Source: Squalus acanthias
Lineage: Eukaryota
Direction of reading: 5' to 3'
Length of the DNA: 64,000 nucleotides
NCBI GenBank assembly: GCA_030390025.1
Contig: CM059431.1
Coordinates: 124,064,001-124,128,000, forward strand
The notes beneath the pieces were generated by a model. The model saw only the letters and a list, made by a program, of their open reading frames with translations. It was not told where the DNA came from and did no database searches. Positions 40,001 to 52,600 of the stretch are shown here, one piece after another. The stretch's first letter is position 1. The number at the start of each line of letters is the position of its first letter. The position numbers and the translations under genes were made by a program.

Positions 40001-41643
40001 GCATCATGAATGGCGTCACCAGACCTGCTCCATCTCATTGGGCCGGGTAACGCACTGGGTGGACTTAATAGGCTCCATTTGGGTAAATTTATTTTGTGCA
40101 GCGGGATGGAGCCAGCAGCGGGGTCGGGACCCGCCACGGACACCAGCCACACCGGACCCACTGAGATAAGGAAAATTCCGGCCTTCATCTTGGGGGAAAA
40201 AAGGAACTTCTATTTTAGAGGCAGATAAGGAAAGGAAATAGATTTTCACATTCATTATTTTTGCATTGTGTACTGATGTTAAAAAGGAAAACATTCCATT
40301 TTCATTCAAGTTTTTTTATAAAGGGGTTTTATAGGTGTACTCATTAACTAATTTTAAAATCATTGTTATATAAGTGGCATGAAATTCATTTTGGCAGTGT
40401 GACCTGCAGTCTCCAGAAAGCAATCCCAATAACACAGGAAGGATCAAGGTACTAAAGTTTAAGAGTTGTGTGTGGAAGGAGACGTGCGATGAGATGATTT
40501 ACTTCAGATTTCATACATTCGCAGTTTTTCTTTTATTTCTACAGTCTCCTTACGTTACCCAAAATAGTCAATATATTTTGCAATCTGTCATTCTTTCATT
40601 GTGCAGAAAAGGAAGTGTCAGCTTTCCAAAGGTCACGGAAGCAAACTGACTGACTCCTGTGATTTCCCCAGTGGCTGCTTGGAAAGATCCCTATGGCATA
40701 AAGGATGAGGACAGTAGTTGATTGTCCCTCGAGGTCAGGGGTTTTCAAACTTTATAGTCTAGAAAACCCTACAAATATTGAGATGATTCCAAGCATGCTC
40801 TACAAATATTGAGATGCTAAGAGGAACCAGCCTATCTTTTAAAACCTAACTTTTAGAGCTTCGGACACTGGGACATGCATCGGGAATCCAGTTATGTGTT
40901 CAATTCATGGGGCCCTGAGATTCTATCATTAATTTTAGTGGATGGAAAATAATGGGCCTGTAAATGGGGTGCATGCCTGAACTCCCAATATGCACTCCTG
41001 AAACTCTGCATCAGGAATGCTAAATAAGAAAATTTATCTAAGTGTTAGTTACCTAAAGGACAACACTGTTATCACTGCAGAAGATAAGTTTTTATTAGTA
41101 TACAGCAACAGAAATAATTGAGGACATTTTAATAGCAAAGAGCACGTGGGTTTTGGTTCAGGAGGATTGTTAAAATCAGCCAAAAATGTCAGTACGTCCA
41201 GAAGCCAGCTCCAATGCACCAACTTCTGGGTTTAACTCAGGCGTGTTTCGATGCGTGTACGTAACTCCCTCCAGACAGGCAGATTACTTCTTATGTTTAA
41301 ATGAGGCAATTTGAATGAGATTTTGACTGAGAGTTAAGTTTAACAAGACATGCACAGGTTTCCCGGGCTTCCTGAAACTCCCCATTGAAACAAAGGCGAG
41401 AAGACAGAACGGCAATTCATGGAGCTCATTAAAAGTCAGGCATACGGACAGCAATAGATATTCAGTGCTCACAGCTGCTTTCTTACCTCCCACTGGGACA
41501 GGTTTTTTTGAGAGTGCTTGTGCTGAGAGGCTAATTTGTGCACTTTAGAGGTATTGGAACTCAAGATCAGGATGGATGGTGCCATGGTTACCTGAGATTG
41601 GACCTGGGATGAGGAGTAAGATGACCATTAGCAGCAGCAACAC

Positions 41644-43366
41644 TGTAGGGAGTGGTGTGGTAGGGTCAGCTTCACCTCTGACTCAGTGAGCGGTTCGAAT
41701 AGCTCCCACGCCCCTGATTCTAGTCCTTGGACTTATTTGGGGGTTGTGAACAAAGATGCAGTAGACAACAGGTTTTGATGAAAGAGTTTTGACTTTTATT
41801 AAAGAAAAGGTAACAAACTTAAAACACACTTAATGCTTAAACACAGGTTGGGGAACACACGGTACAGGCGAGGGAGAATAACAATATACAAAAAAAAACC
41901 TTATCCCTCCCAAAATCCCACTGTCTAGCTAAGTTTTTATTTCAGGAGATCAGGGATAATGCTCACCAAACAGGGGTTTTGACAGTTCGAAATCCAGCCA
42001 GGTAAGTCGGTTGCATTTTTGGGGTACTCTCTTTGTGTCCTTTGGGGCCTGCCGTCCCCACGTGGTACCGGTCTGTGGAATCTGCGAAGGCTCCTCAGTC
42101 TGGTGGAGTCCCCTGAAGCGGTATGGCGCGGTTGTGGATGTATGAGGTGAGTACCCGATTTCTTTGTTTCTAGCTGCAGGTTTAGAGTCTTTGCATGCAA
42201 GTCTTACCCAGGGGTAAGCCAGGAGTAGTTGTAGTGTTGGCGTTTCTTCGGGTTTCCCCTGGTTGGCTGGTTTTGGTTGTGGTTGCCTGGTGGTTGGTCG
42301 TTGCGCGGGGCCTTGGACCCACGGTACTTTTGAGTGGCAGTTTACCTCGTGGAGCCCTTGGCGGCTCTGGTGGTTGATTTGTTGCATTGGAGGCCTGTCG
42401 GGGTGGTACCTCTTGGAGCTGGACCATGGGTTGAGCAATGCCGACTCGCTCCCAACCTCCAGTGACCTTTGCTAGCCCTTGCCTGGCCTTGTCTGTCTCT
42501 GCCTCCGATCTCGCCTCGGGTCTGCCTGCCTCGTGGCCTAGCTGCTTCTCTCTCCTCCTGTTCGTGTCGTGTGGCCCCTGACCCTCTATAGCTGTGAGTA
42601 ACTTGCTGTGTCTTGCTGGGGGAATAGGCCCTCAATTATACCGTTCGGGCCTATTGTGTTTTTCGCGCCAAAACCGCTTTACTAAATCAGTTTCAGTTGA
42701 GGCCTGTTTATTCTATTGTCTTAGGTTTTGGCGGGCTCGTTAAGTTTGATGACTTTTACGTTGTGTTAACTTGTCCTGATGGCTTCCGATGTCTTTCAGG
42801 GCCTTATCTACGCACCAAATCTCGCCCCTTTTGTCTTAGGTTTTTGGCGGGCTTGTAAGCTGTTCCTGTAGATATGTGGCTAATTGGGTTTTGATGGGGT
42901 GATGGGCTAGGAAAACTGTGTACTAGACGTTTTATTGTTTTCAGGCTTCCAGCATCCTGTTTGGGCCTGGGGATTTCAAAAGGGTTCTTGGTTTATTCAA
43001 TTTTGAATGTGTTTGTGATGTTTTGGATGAGGCTCTTCCTCCTTGGTTGGATTGCAGTGCAAACATCTCCCAGACAGCTTGACTGGGCCCCAATATCCAA
43101 AAGCTGTCCACTGCCTCGCCACACCTCTTCCCGCAGCCTGTCTTGTTTCTGTGACTGTAGGGTTTTTCCCAATGGCCCTTTTAAAAGGTATAGTATCATC
43201 CAAAGTCATTTTTTTCTCTTCCCTGATCCTTAAAAATGTCCAAAACTGAGGTTTTTACCTCAAATTCCTTCATTTAGGTCCCATCATTCCAAATTCGTAT
43301 AAAAATCCAAAAATCACCCCCTTTAGGGCTCTGTTCGAGTTTCTGGGGAATTTTGCGAAGCCTACA
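41644..43366 (-). mobile_element. Solo LTR (~1.72 kb), related to the ERV LTRs
   Basis: TGTAGG...CCTACA termini and TSD ACAC. Minus-strand AATAAA at ~41795. The terminus TGTAGGCTTCGCAAAATT resembles the other long LTRs. Inserted into a Harbinger transposase gene. Confidence 0.85.
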
Positions 43367-43370
43367 ACAC

Positions 43371-44020
43371 CCCGCTGTGGAGAGAGCTGCAGGTGGTCAG
43401 CACAGAGTGGAACAGCAGAGGTTGTCAAGGTCACAGGAGGCATGATCCATGTCGCCAGATATACAGGCAGAGGCTCAGCTTCTTTGACCTCTCCTAAGAG
43501 CAGTGCCTCTGGAGGTAGAGATTGCCACGTCAGGTGGTGGTAGACATCTGCAGCCTCCTAGAAGAAGACCTGCTCGCTACTGCACCTGGCGGCCATGCAT
43601 TACCAACGGCTGTGAAAGTGACCACCGCTCTCAACATTTTTGCCACCGTATCCTTCCAGGGCTGTACTGGAGACATGTCAAAGGACTCCCTGTCGGCTAC
43701 ACATAAATGCATAAGGCATTACTAATCGAATGTTTGCCAGGACCGGCGATAATGTAAACTTTGCCTGTGATGACACTAGTCAGAATGAGCGGGTACTCAG
43801 GTTTGTGTCTCTGGCTGGCTTCCTATAGCTGCAGGGTATCATCCACTACACACACATGGCAATCCGCTAACCCCCAGATGAACTAGGATTATTCATAAAT
43901 CACAAGGGATTTCATTCAATGTTCAGCTGGTGTGCAGTCAAAAGAAAAGGTTGATGCAAGTGTGCGCCAGACTCTCAGGGAGCAATCATCAAGCTTTCAT
44001 CCTGTGGCAGTCCAAGCTAT
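43371..44020 (+). pseudogene. Harbinger transposase fragment
   Basis: ICSLLEEDLL...HALPTAVKVTTALNIFATVSFQG and QLVCSQKKRLMQVCARLSGSNHQAFILWQS. Confidence 0.8.
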
Positions 44021-44024
44021 GCCA

Positions 44025-44640
44025 TCGATCTCCATGGCCTCTTCCTCTGATGATGTCAGCTGCACTATCTGTGGCAGCCTACCTGCAATCCTCTCCCTCT
44101 CCCTTGTGTTCTGTGCTCGCTTCACCTGCAATGGGGGAACAACAGACCTTTGAGTGTCTGTAAGGCAAGTGTTCACCCAATGGATGCAGTACATTTGGTG
44201 AGCATAACTTTCAGGCAGATGCATAGAATTACATAAGGATTGTGATGAGTAGCAGTGGTGGACGGATAAATGGGGAGGTGAGAAAGTGCATAGAAAGTGA
44301 ATGATGCATGCTCTTCAAACTTAAGGGGTATGAGGGGTGATGTGATGGAGTACGCTTGACAAGACAGAGTGATGGGGTGGGTGATGCACACTACAGGATG
44401 TAGGTGAACCTGCAACTGTACTCACCTTTCCGGACCTGGTTAGGTCATTAAAGTGCTTCCTGCACTGGATCCAGGTATGGGGCACAATACTCCTGCTGCT
44501 GACCTCCTCTTCCACTTCTACCACGTGTTCTTTGTGACAGCAGCAGGTTTCTTCTTGCCATTGCCAGAGAAGATTATCCCCTTCCTACTCCTTACTGCTA
44601 CCATCAAGTGAGTCATCGTTAAAGTGGACGCAGCCTTTGA
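44025..44640 (-). pseudogene. Harbinger Myb/SANT exons 1-2 remnant
   Basis: HTWIQCRKHFNDLTRSGK|GTGAGT and VKRAQNTRERERIAGRLPQIVQLTSSEEEAMEI; same exon structure as 28453-29172. Confidence 0.75.
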
Positions 44641-44870
44641 AAGTCTTGAGTCCATCTTGTTTTACTACGTTAAAGGCGCTATATAAATGCAAGTTGCTGT
44701 TATTGTTGTCCAATTGTCATCTCTATGCAAAACCTCCCAACTCCTCCAAGTTCCATCTTTGCATTGGCCCTTGAAAAAGTCGAGTTGAAATTGTATCATG
44801 CGGGTGTGTATCATGCCTGCTGACGTGCATTGGAGGCGCGGAACACAGAAGTAAGATGATAATTAGGTAT

Positions 44871-46574
44871 TGTAAGGGGTTTCGGCGTGCTTGTATCACA
44901 GACGATGCTGGTGCGAGGTTAGGCCTTCGTTGCCTAATGCTATTGCTTGCTCTGGTCTCCGGCCAGCCTTGTTGCAATAAGCACCTGTGAGTGGTTCGAC
45001 CCACTCGCCCTTACGGTTCTAACACTGGACTTAGGTGCGAGAGCAGTAATGCAGAGAAAAACTCAAATAGACTCGGTTGAATAGTACGAAATGGAAATCT
45101 TTATTGCATAGCGTCCAAAATCATGAAGTACATGTCATAGGCGCAAATCAACGAGAGTACAAGTATACATACATTCATAAAGCTTGGTCTATGGTAATGA
45201 AGAACGCACGGCACATCATAAAAAGGGGAACACATTATACTTTATCCTTAATAAAACCACCCTCCCCTATCAATACCTACACTACATCTAGATTTGTAGG
45301 ATCGGGAAACATGCTCACCACTCGTGATACTTCGGAGAATTTTAAAGTGAGGCACTCGGCTCGTTTTGCTGCAGTGCCTGACTGTCACGTGTTTGGAGGG
45401 GTCTCTGTACCCCACTTGTTTATCTTCGCTGCTGCGGCAAGCAGGCTGGGCTCTCCGTTGTCATGAAGAACTCGACAGAACTCGGGTCCAGCTGTAGAAC
45501 TCAAAGAAAAATCTTCCTGTACCGACACCAGTTGTCAGTAGAATTCAAAGAAGAGTCTTTGACCGGTTTGTGCAATAACCTGTAGAGTTCAAGAGGTGGG
45601 TCTTATATTTTCGGGCTCGGTCGGGGTTTACTGACCGCGGCGGCACGTGGATTCTTCTTCTTTTCTTGTCATTTCATCTTGTCTTGTTGGGCCTTCGGGT
45701 CCAGACACCGTTTACCGACTCTCGGGATGGTGCACCCGGTCACTTGCCTTTGTCGAGGCGGCTCGTTCCGATTAAGCTCCACCCAACATTCGAATAACCG
45801 TCCAGTGCGGCTAAAGTCCATAGTCAACAGAGTCCAGAGAAACACAGAAGGCTGCTCGTCCAGCAGAGCGATACCCGAGGATCAGAATAGGAGAATAAGA
45901 GTTCAGCCCGAGTCAAGAGTCAGCAGAGATAAGAGAGCGATGGACATTTGTTCACTATAGTTATAGTGCTGTGTTCCCCTATCTCCCGCCCAAATCTTAA
46001 TGTTTGTCCTTTTGTGAAATATTGGTGCTCAAAACTCCCAGCATGGGGCGATTCTTGTCTTTAACGGGTTTCGGTAGCACCTGAAACTGGCCAACTACCC
46101 GTTAATGTTTTTCTCATTGTTGAACCGGCTAGGAACCTCGCTGGCTGGGTTTTGGGGGCCCCCGAATACTTGTTTAATCACCCGAGAATGGCTCTCTCAT
46201 TGTAGAGCCATGGGGGTATTTGTGTATTGATGTGTCTGGATGGGCCTTCGATTGCACAGTACAATGGTCCTTACTTGTGCATGGAAAACGATTCCAGCAC
46301 TCATATCTTTTGCTATTGTCACAAATGCAAACAGGTTGCATCCTGTCTTTATCAGTGCTTATCGAGTATGATCCCGTCTTATATTGAAATGTTTATTCGA
46401 ACGCCATCTTGTCTGCCCACTGTAATTCTGGAAGCTTCTGCCACGATGCGCGGTGGCCATTTTACAGGCTTCTGTGTCCTTTTTAATCATGACAGCATTT
46501 CGTTTAAATAAACTGATCAAACAAATCTGCTTCTCTCTCGTTATTTTGAATCGCGATAATTGCGAAACTTTACA
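44871..46574 (-). repeat. ERV 3' LTR (1704 bp)
   Basis: TGTAA...TTACA termini; minus-strand AATAAA at ~45100; preceded on the minus strand by the purine tract CAGGAGGGAC (46575-46584). Confidence 0.92.
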
Positions 46575-46974
46575 GTCCCTCCTGTTGATGCGAATAACTC
46601 CGCTTATCGTATCAATTAAAAGTGGTGGTGAGCAAAATTATCCCGATTCTCCACATCCAAACACTCCCTTAATTTAAACTATCTATGGCCTCCATGCCGT
46701 CCTCATTTCCCAGGGAAAATTACATTGTTTAAACTTGGACAAACCGTAGGCAGCATTGCCTTTAAACTTACATTGCGTATACATCTTCCAGGTGCAACAG
46801 GCCGATGCCTCTCGCACCACCTGTATATGCATGTTTTTATTATACGAGAAAAAAAAAATAATCAAACAACCATTTTAAAAATACAAAGTTCCAAACTTAG
46901 TTACACATATTCATTACTAACAATCAATTACGAAAACACACATGGTAAAAATGGAGCGGCGTCATCCTGGCCGT

Positions 46975-49299
46975 TTACGCGGCACTTTCTTCGTTCACGC
47001 GCACGTAACGTTCTCTCCACTCCCCTGTGTTCTCCTGCTTTGTGAGGCGTTTGCCTCTTTTGCAGTGCACGACCAATAGGTACACTACAATTATAACTTG
47101 GCACACAACCAAAATGTGGGAGGCTATCCTGATCCATGACAGAACTTCAATATTGGTGAACAGATCCCACCACGGTGGGATTACTATGTCCAAAATTTCT
47201 GTCCCTATTTCTACTATTTTCTGTTCCAGCGTGGCTTTCAAAAGTTTGGTGAGGTGTTCAGGGAGAGGGGGAATGATGTATCCGAAATGCGCGACGAATC
47301 GCTGCAAGTCGGTGAAATTCTCTTTTACTGTAAGGTGAACAGTGGATGGTTCAGGGATCGGGACAATTCGCTGTTGTGCCACTTGAACTTCAGCCCTGGG
47401 TTTAAAACAGAAACTGCTGTCACTCACCGGACACCGGCTGTGGTTTCCATGCTGGTAGTGTTGCGCTGCATTGGTAACGCAATATGTTCCACCCCCTATG
47501 TATGCCACCTGCGGAGGCACATGATCTTGTGTCATTGCCTCCATGGTGCAATTCATGGGCTTGACGCCAGCCGTTCTGAACCCGCATTGTGGTGTTAAAA
47601 AGGCATTCAAGTGCTGGGGACACAGGATTAAGTGTGCTCCCCGGCCACGACAACCCGATAGGTCGGTACCTGTCATCGTTTGCTCCCAGCGGATGACGTA
47701 AGGTGGGACCACTGCGTAGCGAATGTGGGCTCCCCCCTGAATGACACCAATGTTCTCCACCCGATACACCGGGGCGGGCTTTGCCGTGTCACCCAACACC
47801 GGCATACGTAGTACTATACCCATGATGGTATGATTTGACTGTCCGCAGTCCACGGGGACTGGGTATGCCTCTGAGGCTAGCCTGAGCTGGCACGGGCTTA
47901 ATGCGTTCTGAAAAGGGTGGAGCGCCTGCAGGTGTTTGTTACTTATCCAGGACGGGACCAAACCTTGTTTTAAATCCTCCAAATTACTGCGGCCCTCGCC
48001 CAGTAACCACGCCCCGTATAGTACGCACACCTCGTTCTGCGCAGCTTGATCAGATGCGTTCCGATCTTCCCTGATCAGGCCAGTTACCGTTCTCGCATGC
48101 TTCTCCAGCTCTGCTATAATCTCCTTTAAGTGTAGTGTCATGGCCTGGTCCTCATGTAACTCAGACCCTACTACCTTGTTTCCGCTTGTGAGGATGCTTT
48201 TTAATTGTGTTTTTAAACCATTGATCTGGGTCTGCAGCTCCACGTTCTCTAGAGCGTTGACCACAGATGTTCCTGTATTAAAGGCAGTGAACATATCGTT
48301 CACAATACCCCTTCTTTGTCTCCCCACTTGACCCAAAACTTCGCGTGGTGTGGTGTACAAGCTTGTTTTGTCAATCTCAGCAAAATCAAACTCGTAGAAT
48401 TGTCTGAACATGTTTGTCAACAGGACCTGGTACAATTGTTCCGTCTCTTTGGGGTACCACTCTGTTAAACGCACCTCGGTGAGATTTAGAATCACCGAAG
48501 CCACCGCGTAATGTACCCCTTGAAATAGTATCTGGTCTGTTGGTACCAGTACCAAACCATTCCCGGGCCCCTTAGTGGTCTAAGGGCACCCTTCCTTCTG
48601 AGCCAAAACCACCGGAATCGTGGGCGGAGCCTTGCGTGGGCGCGTGATGAGTTCAGTGGCGTTTACCGGGATCAGGGAGAATGGAGCTCCGCACCCCTTG
48701 GTGCTGACATCCCACCTCATCCATTTTCCGTTATCCTGCCACTGGTGTACGAAAAATATGGATATACCTTTGGGGCAAACGTACTTCGATCCCCACATAC
48801 AAACATATATTCCCTCATCCGGTTCCCACCATTTGTCCCAACAGACTTTCAATTGTCCGTTAGTCCCCGTAATTGTCCAATGAGTATTGTTACCCAATCG
48901 CTCCCACTCGACCGAGGAATTTCTCATAGTCTTGCTTAACTTCCGTAACCACCACCATCGGCTCAATGGGACCTTCCCATTGCATGTCAAACAAATCCTT
49001 TTGCCGACGGTGACGCTGATTCTGGGTGCAATGATCCTCACTCTGGGGCACAGCAAAGAAGTCTCTTTGTAGGCAAATCCCGATGCACTGGAGTATTCCG
49101 TTGAATTCGTTCCCAGCCATCCTGGCCACCTTCCCTTGTGGAAATACGTGGCGGTCTCCTCAGCCTTTCGCTCCCCGGTCCCATCCGTCGCGATGGGGGC
49201 CGTGTCCCCGGAGCAATCAAACACAACGACATCCTTGGTGAGGCCCCGATAGGCCAATCCATATCCGATCGTTGCGAGCACTATCAGAATCCTTTCCAT
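46975..49299 (-). pseudogene. env: Envelope: signal peptide + Ig-like domain + class I fusion protein (Mononegavirales F-like); one premature TAG at 48580-48582
   Basis: ORFs 48580-49299 and 46975-48555 are in the same frame. N-terminal hydrophobic MERILIVLATIGYGLA; Ig motifs LTC..W..DEGIYVC; furin RQRR (48310-48321) followed by GIVNDMFTAFNTGTSVVNAL and heptads; Cys-rich region; TM ILVVCQVIIVVYLLVV; short basic tail. Confidence 0.85.
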
Positions 49300-49638
49300 C
49301 TTTCCTGGTTCCTGTGATCAGATAAAATGATGTAGCCAGCCTCCCAAGAGTCTCTGGCTTTTGTGAAGGGTGAGCGGGTCCCTTGACCTCGTCTCACGTA
49401 AAAAGACATGTATTCTGGATAGACTTTAACTATTCCTATCTCTAACTCCCATCATTTTACCATTTTCTTTTAAAATTAAACTACAAACTTACCAAACTTA
49501 TAAAACTATAAACTTAAACTTATAAACTTATCCTAAACTTAAAACTGTACAGTGCCGCCCGTTCCCTGGGCGGCCTACCTAAATTCTGCAAAGGCTGCCA
49601 CGAGCTTTTCCCAGTGCTGGGAGGGCACTGACCCCTTC

Positions 49639-52600
49639 CTATGATCTGCCGCAGCCTGTCGCCGCTGCGCTGGGACTGGGATCTCCCTGGGCTGCCTTGA
49701 CCTTGAACTTACGCCTGGGGGTGCACGGGGGATTTGGCCACGACTTCCTGGGCTGGGGTGTCCGACTTGACCTACGGAGGGCTACTTTGGGCAAGATTTC
49801 CAGGGCCGACGGACCAGGAACCAAGACTTCCACCGTCGCGGCCTGTGGTCCCACCACAGCCACTGGCTCCGTCTCCCCTGGCTCCGCCCCCCTGAACTCG
49901 GGATTTGCAGTTTCTGGCTCCACCCTACTTGGCCCAGTATGTGGTCCTCCACTCGCAATCCCTACCTCCCCCAAGGGCAAGACTTCCAGGTCCGACGGAC
50001 CGGGTACCGAGACTTCCACCGTCACAGCCTGTGGTCCTACCACAGCCGCTGGCTCCGTCTCCCCTGGCTCCGCCCCCCTGGGCTCGGGATCTGCAGTTTC
50101 CGATTCCACCCTGTGTGGAACTCCACTCGCAGCCCCTATCTCCCCTAAGCTTGAGTCGAGGACGAAACCTTCGTCCTCCGACCCCAGCACCTCTCCGAAC
50201 GGGTCACTACCTTGGTCGAGCTCCTCGAGCTCTTCCTCATCTGAATCCCAACTCCAAGAAAAGATCCTACACTTTTCCAGAATGTCCTCTCCCCTCAAGC
50301 AGGCTGCTTTACCGGTCTGTGTGCCCTGCGGTCCTACACGGGGCTGCGAGTCCCCACTCGCAGGTTTGGCCCCTGTGATTGGCCCCTGTGCACCCGGTTT
50401 ATACAACTTGCACTGGTTAATGTGGAACCATTTCGTGCGCCGGGGTACCTTTACGGCGTACACCATGGGACTCGCCTTATCTACAATACTGTAGGGTCCC
50501 ATATACAGTGGTTCCAAACTCCCTACTCTGGCATAGTTCCTAACCATGACCTGATCTCCGACTTCCCACTCCTGCTTCTTACGGGGTTCCAGCAACAGGC
50601 GATTGCCCTGGTGCTGTCTTCCCATGTTCCCAGCCGCCTGCTCGTAAACCTGCTTCAGGCGTTCCAAGAGGGTCTGGATAAACTTGTCCCGTTTCACCTC
50701 TTCGAGCTGTCCCTCAGTGAGCACCGGGGCTAGTACATGAGTGGGGGTTCGCATGATCCTACCAGTCATCACCTCGTACGGGGAATACCCCGTACTCTTC
50801 GACTGGCTGGCCCGGATCCCCATGAGGACTAGAGGCAGAACCCCCGCCCATTTTTGGGGCGAGTTCATAGTCTCTTTCCTCAGCTTCTCCTTGAGGGTCC
50901 GGTTCATGCGTTCAACAATCCCTGATGACTAGGGATTGTGCGCTACGTGCCACTTCCCTTCAATGCCCAAAAGCATGAGGGTGTTCTGCATCACCTGGCC
51001 GGTGAAATTACTCCCTGGTCTGACTCCACGAAACAGGGGAGTCCCCACCGCGAGAACACTTCCCGGACCAAGATCTTAGCAGTACCCAGTGCCGTAGCTG
51101 TTCTACAGGGGAAGGCTTCCACCCATTTGGAAAACACATCCACCAAGACGAGGCAGTATTTGTAGCCTCCCTGGGTGGTGGGCAGGGGCCCTATGTAATC
51201 GATCTGTATCGACTGCCATGGTCCCTCCACCCTCCTGATGTGCCCCATGTGCACTTTCCTTTTCTGGGGGTCTGGGTTGTTTGCAGCGCACACAAGACAG
51301 TTTGCGCAGAACTCACGGACCTGCTCCCTGAGTCCCGGCCACCATCCCGCCTGCTCTACCCGTTGCCAGGTAACCTCGGGCCCGGGGTGCCCTGCCCCCG
51401 GCCCCTCATGAGCCAACTCGAGGAATTCCCTCCTGTGCTGCTGCGGCACAACCCACTGTTCCTCGCGGAACAGCATGCCTTCTTTAACGGAGAGGGTTGC
51501 CGTACTGTACGGGCCCTCTACCTGCTTGCCCTCAGTAATCGTTCTGAGAACTGCTTTTAGGGCGGGATCCTGGTTCTGGACGGTCTTAAGGTCTAGGGGC
51601 AGTGCTACCCTGGTGTTCCCGGGATTCCCTTCCCTGCCTTGGATCGCTGCCACGGGTCCGGGTCCATAGGGGTCCCAGAAAATGCCATTACGGGCACCCT
51701 CCCTGGCTAGCGCATCCGCCTGCTGGTTGCCCTCCCCGCGCGGCTCTGTGGAGGAGGCAGCTTTCACCTTATGGATGAAAATCTCCCCTTCCTCCCCTAC
51801 TGCTGCTAGGATCTTTTCCAGCAAGGGCTTCACCATTAAAGGTCGCCCGTCCGTGGAGGTGTAACCACGGCGGGACCAAATGGCCAGGTATTCCGTACAC
51901 GAATTGCACGTAAACATACTGTCCGAACAAATCGTGTATGGGGTTGGGAAGATCTCTGGGTGGGTCACTACGTATGCCACCGCAGACAGCTCAGCCTGCT
52001 GCGCGCTCATGGTGCTGAGGAGTTTAATCATCAGGGCAAGGTTTGCCGCAGGGTCATAAACTCCACACCCTGTGAGTCGTTCGCCAGCGGACACTGTGCT
52101 GGAACCATCAACATAAATCTCGCGACCTGTGGGATGGATCCCGGCCCTGCAAACCTATGTTGACCTCCCACACCCCTTCTACCGAACACCGGTGGGCTGT
52201 TCCGGGGTATACCAAGTTGGCCGCAAGCCTGGGCTCGCAAATACCTTTAACTCTAAGATCCATCTGGGAAAGGAGAAGGGTCCAGCGCGCAATGCGAGCG
52301 CTGCTTACGGTCCCATCCTTAATCCTCCCATCTAGAAGCATCTTAGTTGGTGTGTGATGGGTGAGGAGAGTGATGGGAGAGAGCCCTGTGAAGATCGCTG
52401 ATCTTTTCACAGCCCAATGCGTGGCTAAAAGATGCCTTTCACAGTTGGAAAAACTCCTCTCCACATCCGTTAACACCCTGGACGAATAGACAACCGGCCT
52501 CAGCTTGCCGTGACGCTCTTGGAGCAGCACAGCGCTCAAGCTGTCTCCGCTGGCAGCTACCTCCAGGAAAAACTCCTTCCCCCCATCTATGTCCCCTAAA

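Noticed and set aside
40600..40700. Cluster of ETS/NF-kB/AP-1-like motifs suggesting an immune enhancer
   Set aside because: Short motifs arise by chance, and I have no conservation or chromatin data.
45077..45466. 129-aa plus-strand ORF, repeated at 56380-56742
   Set aside because: It lies inside the LTR, antisense to the provirus, starts at a non-ATG codon and has no recognisable motif. The second copy simply reflects LTR duplication.
49478..49546. AAACTT(A) short repeat array between pol and env
   Set aside because: A low-complexity spacer with no unique spacers or structure; not CRISPR-like, and no function can be supported.
49697..50494. 265-aa plus-strand ORF as a possible antisense accessory gene
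   Set aside because: It mirrors the GC-rich, low-complexity integrase tail, has a non-ATG start and has no independent support.
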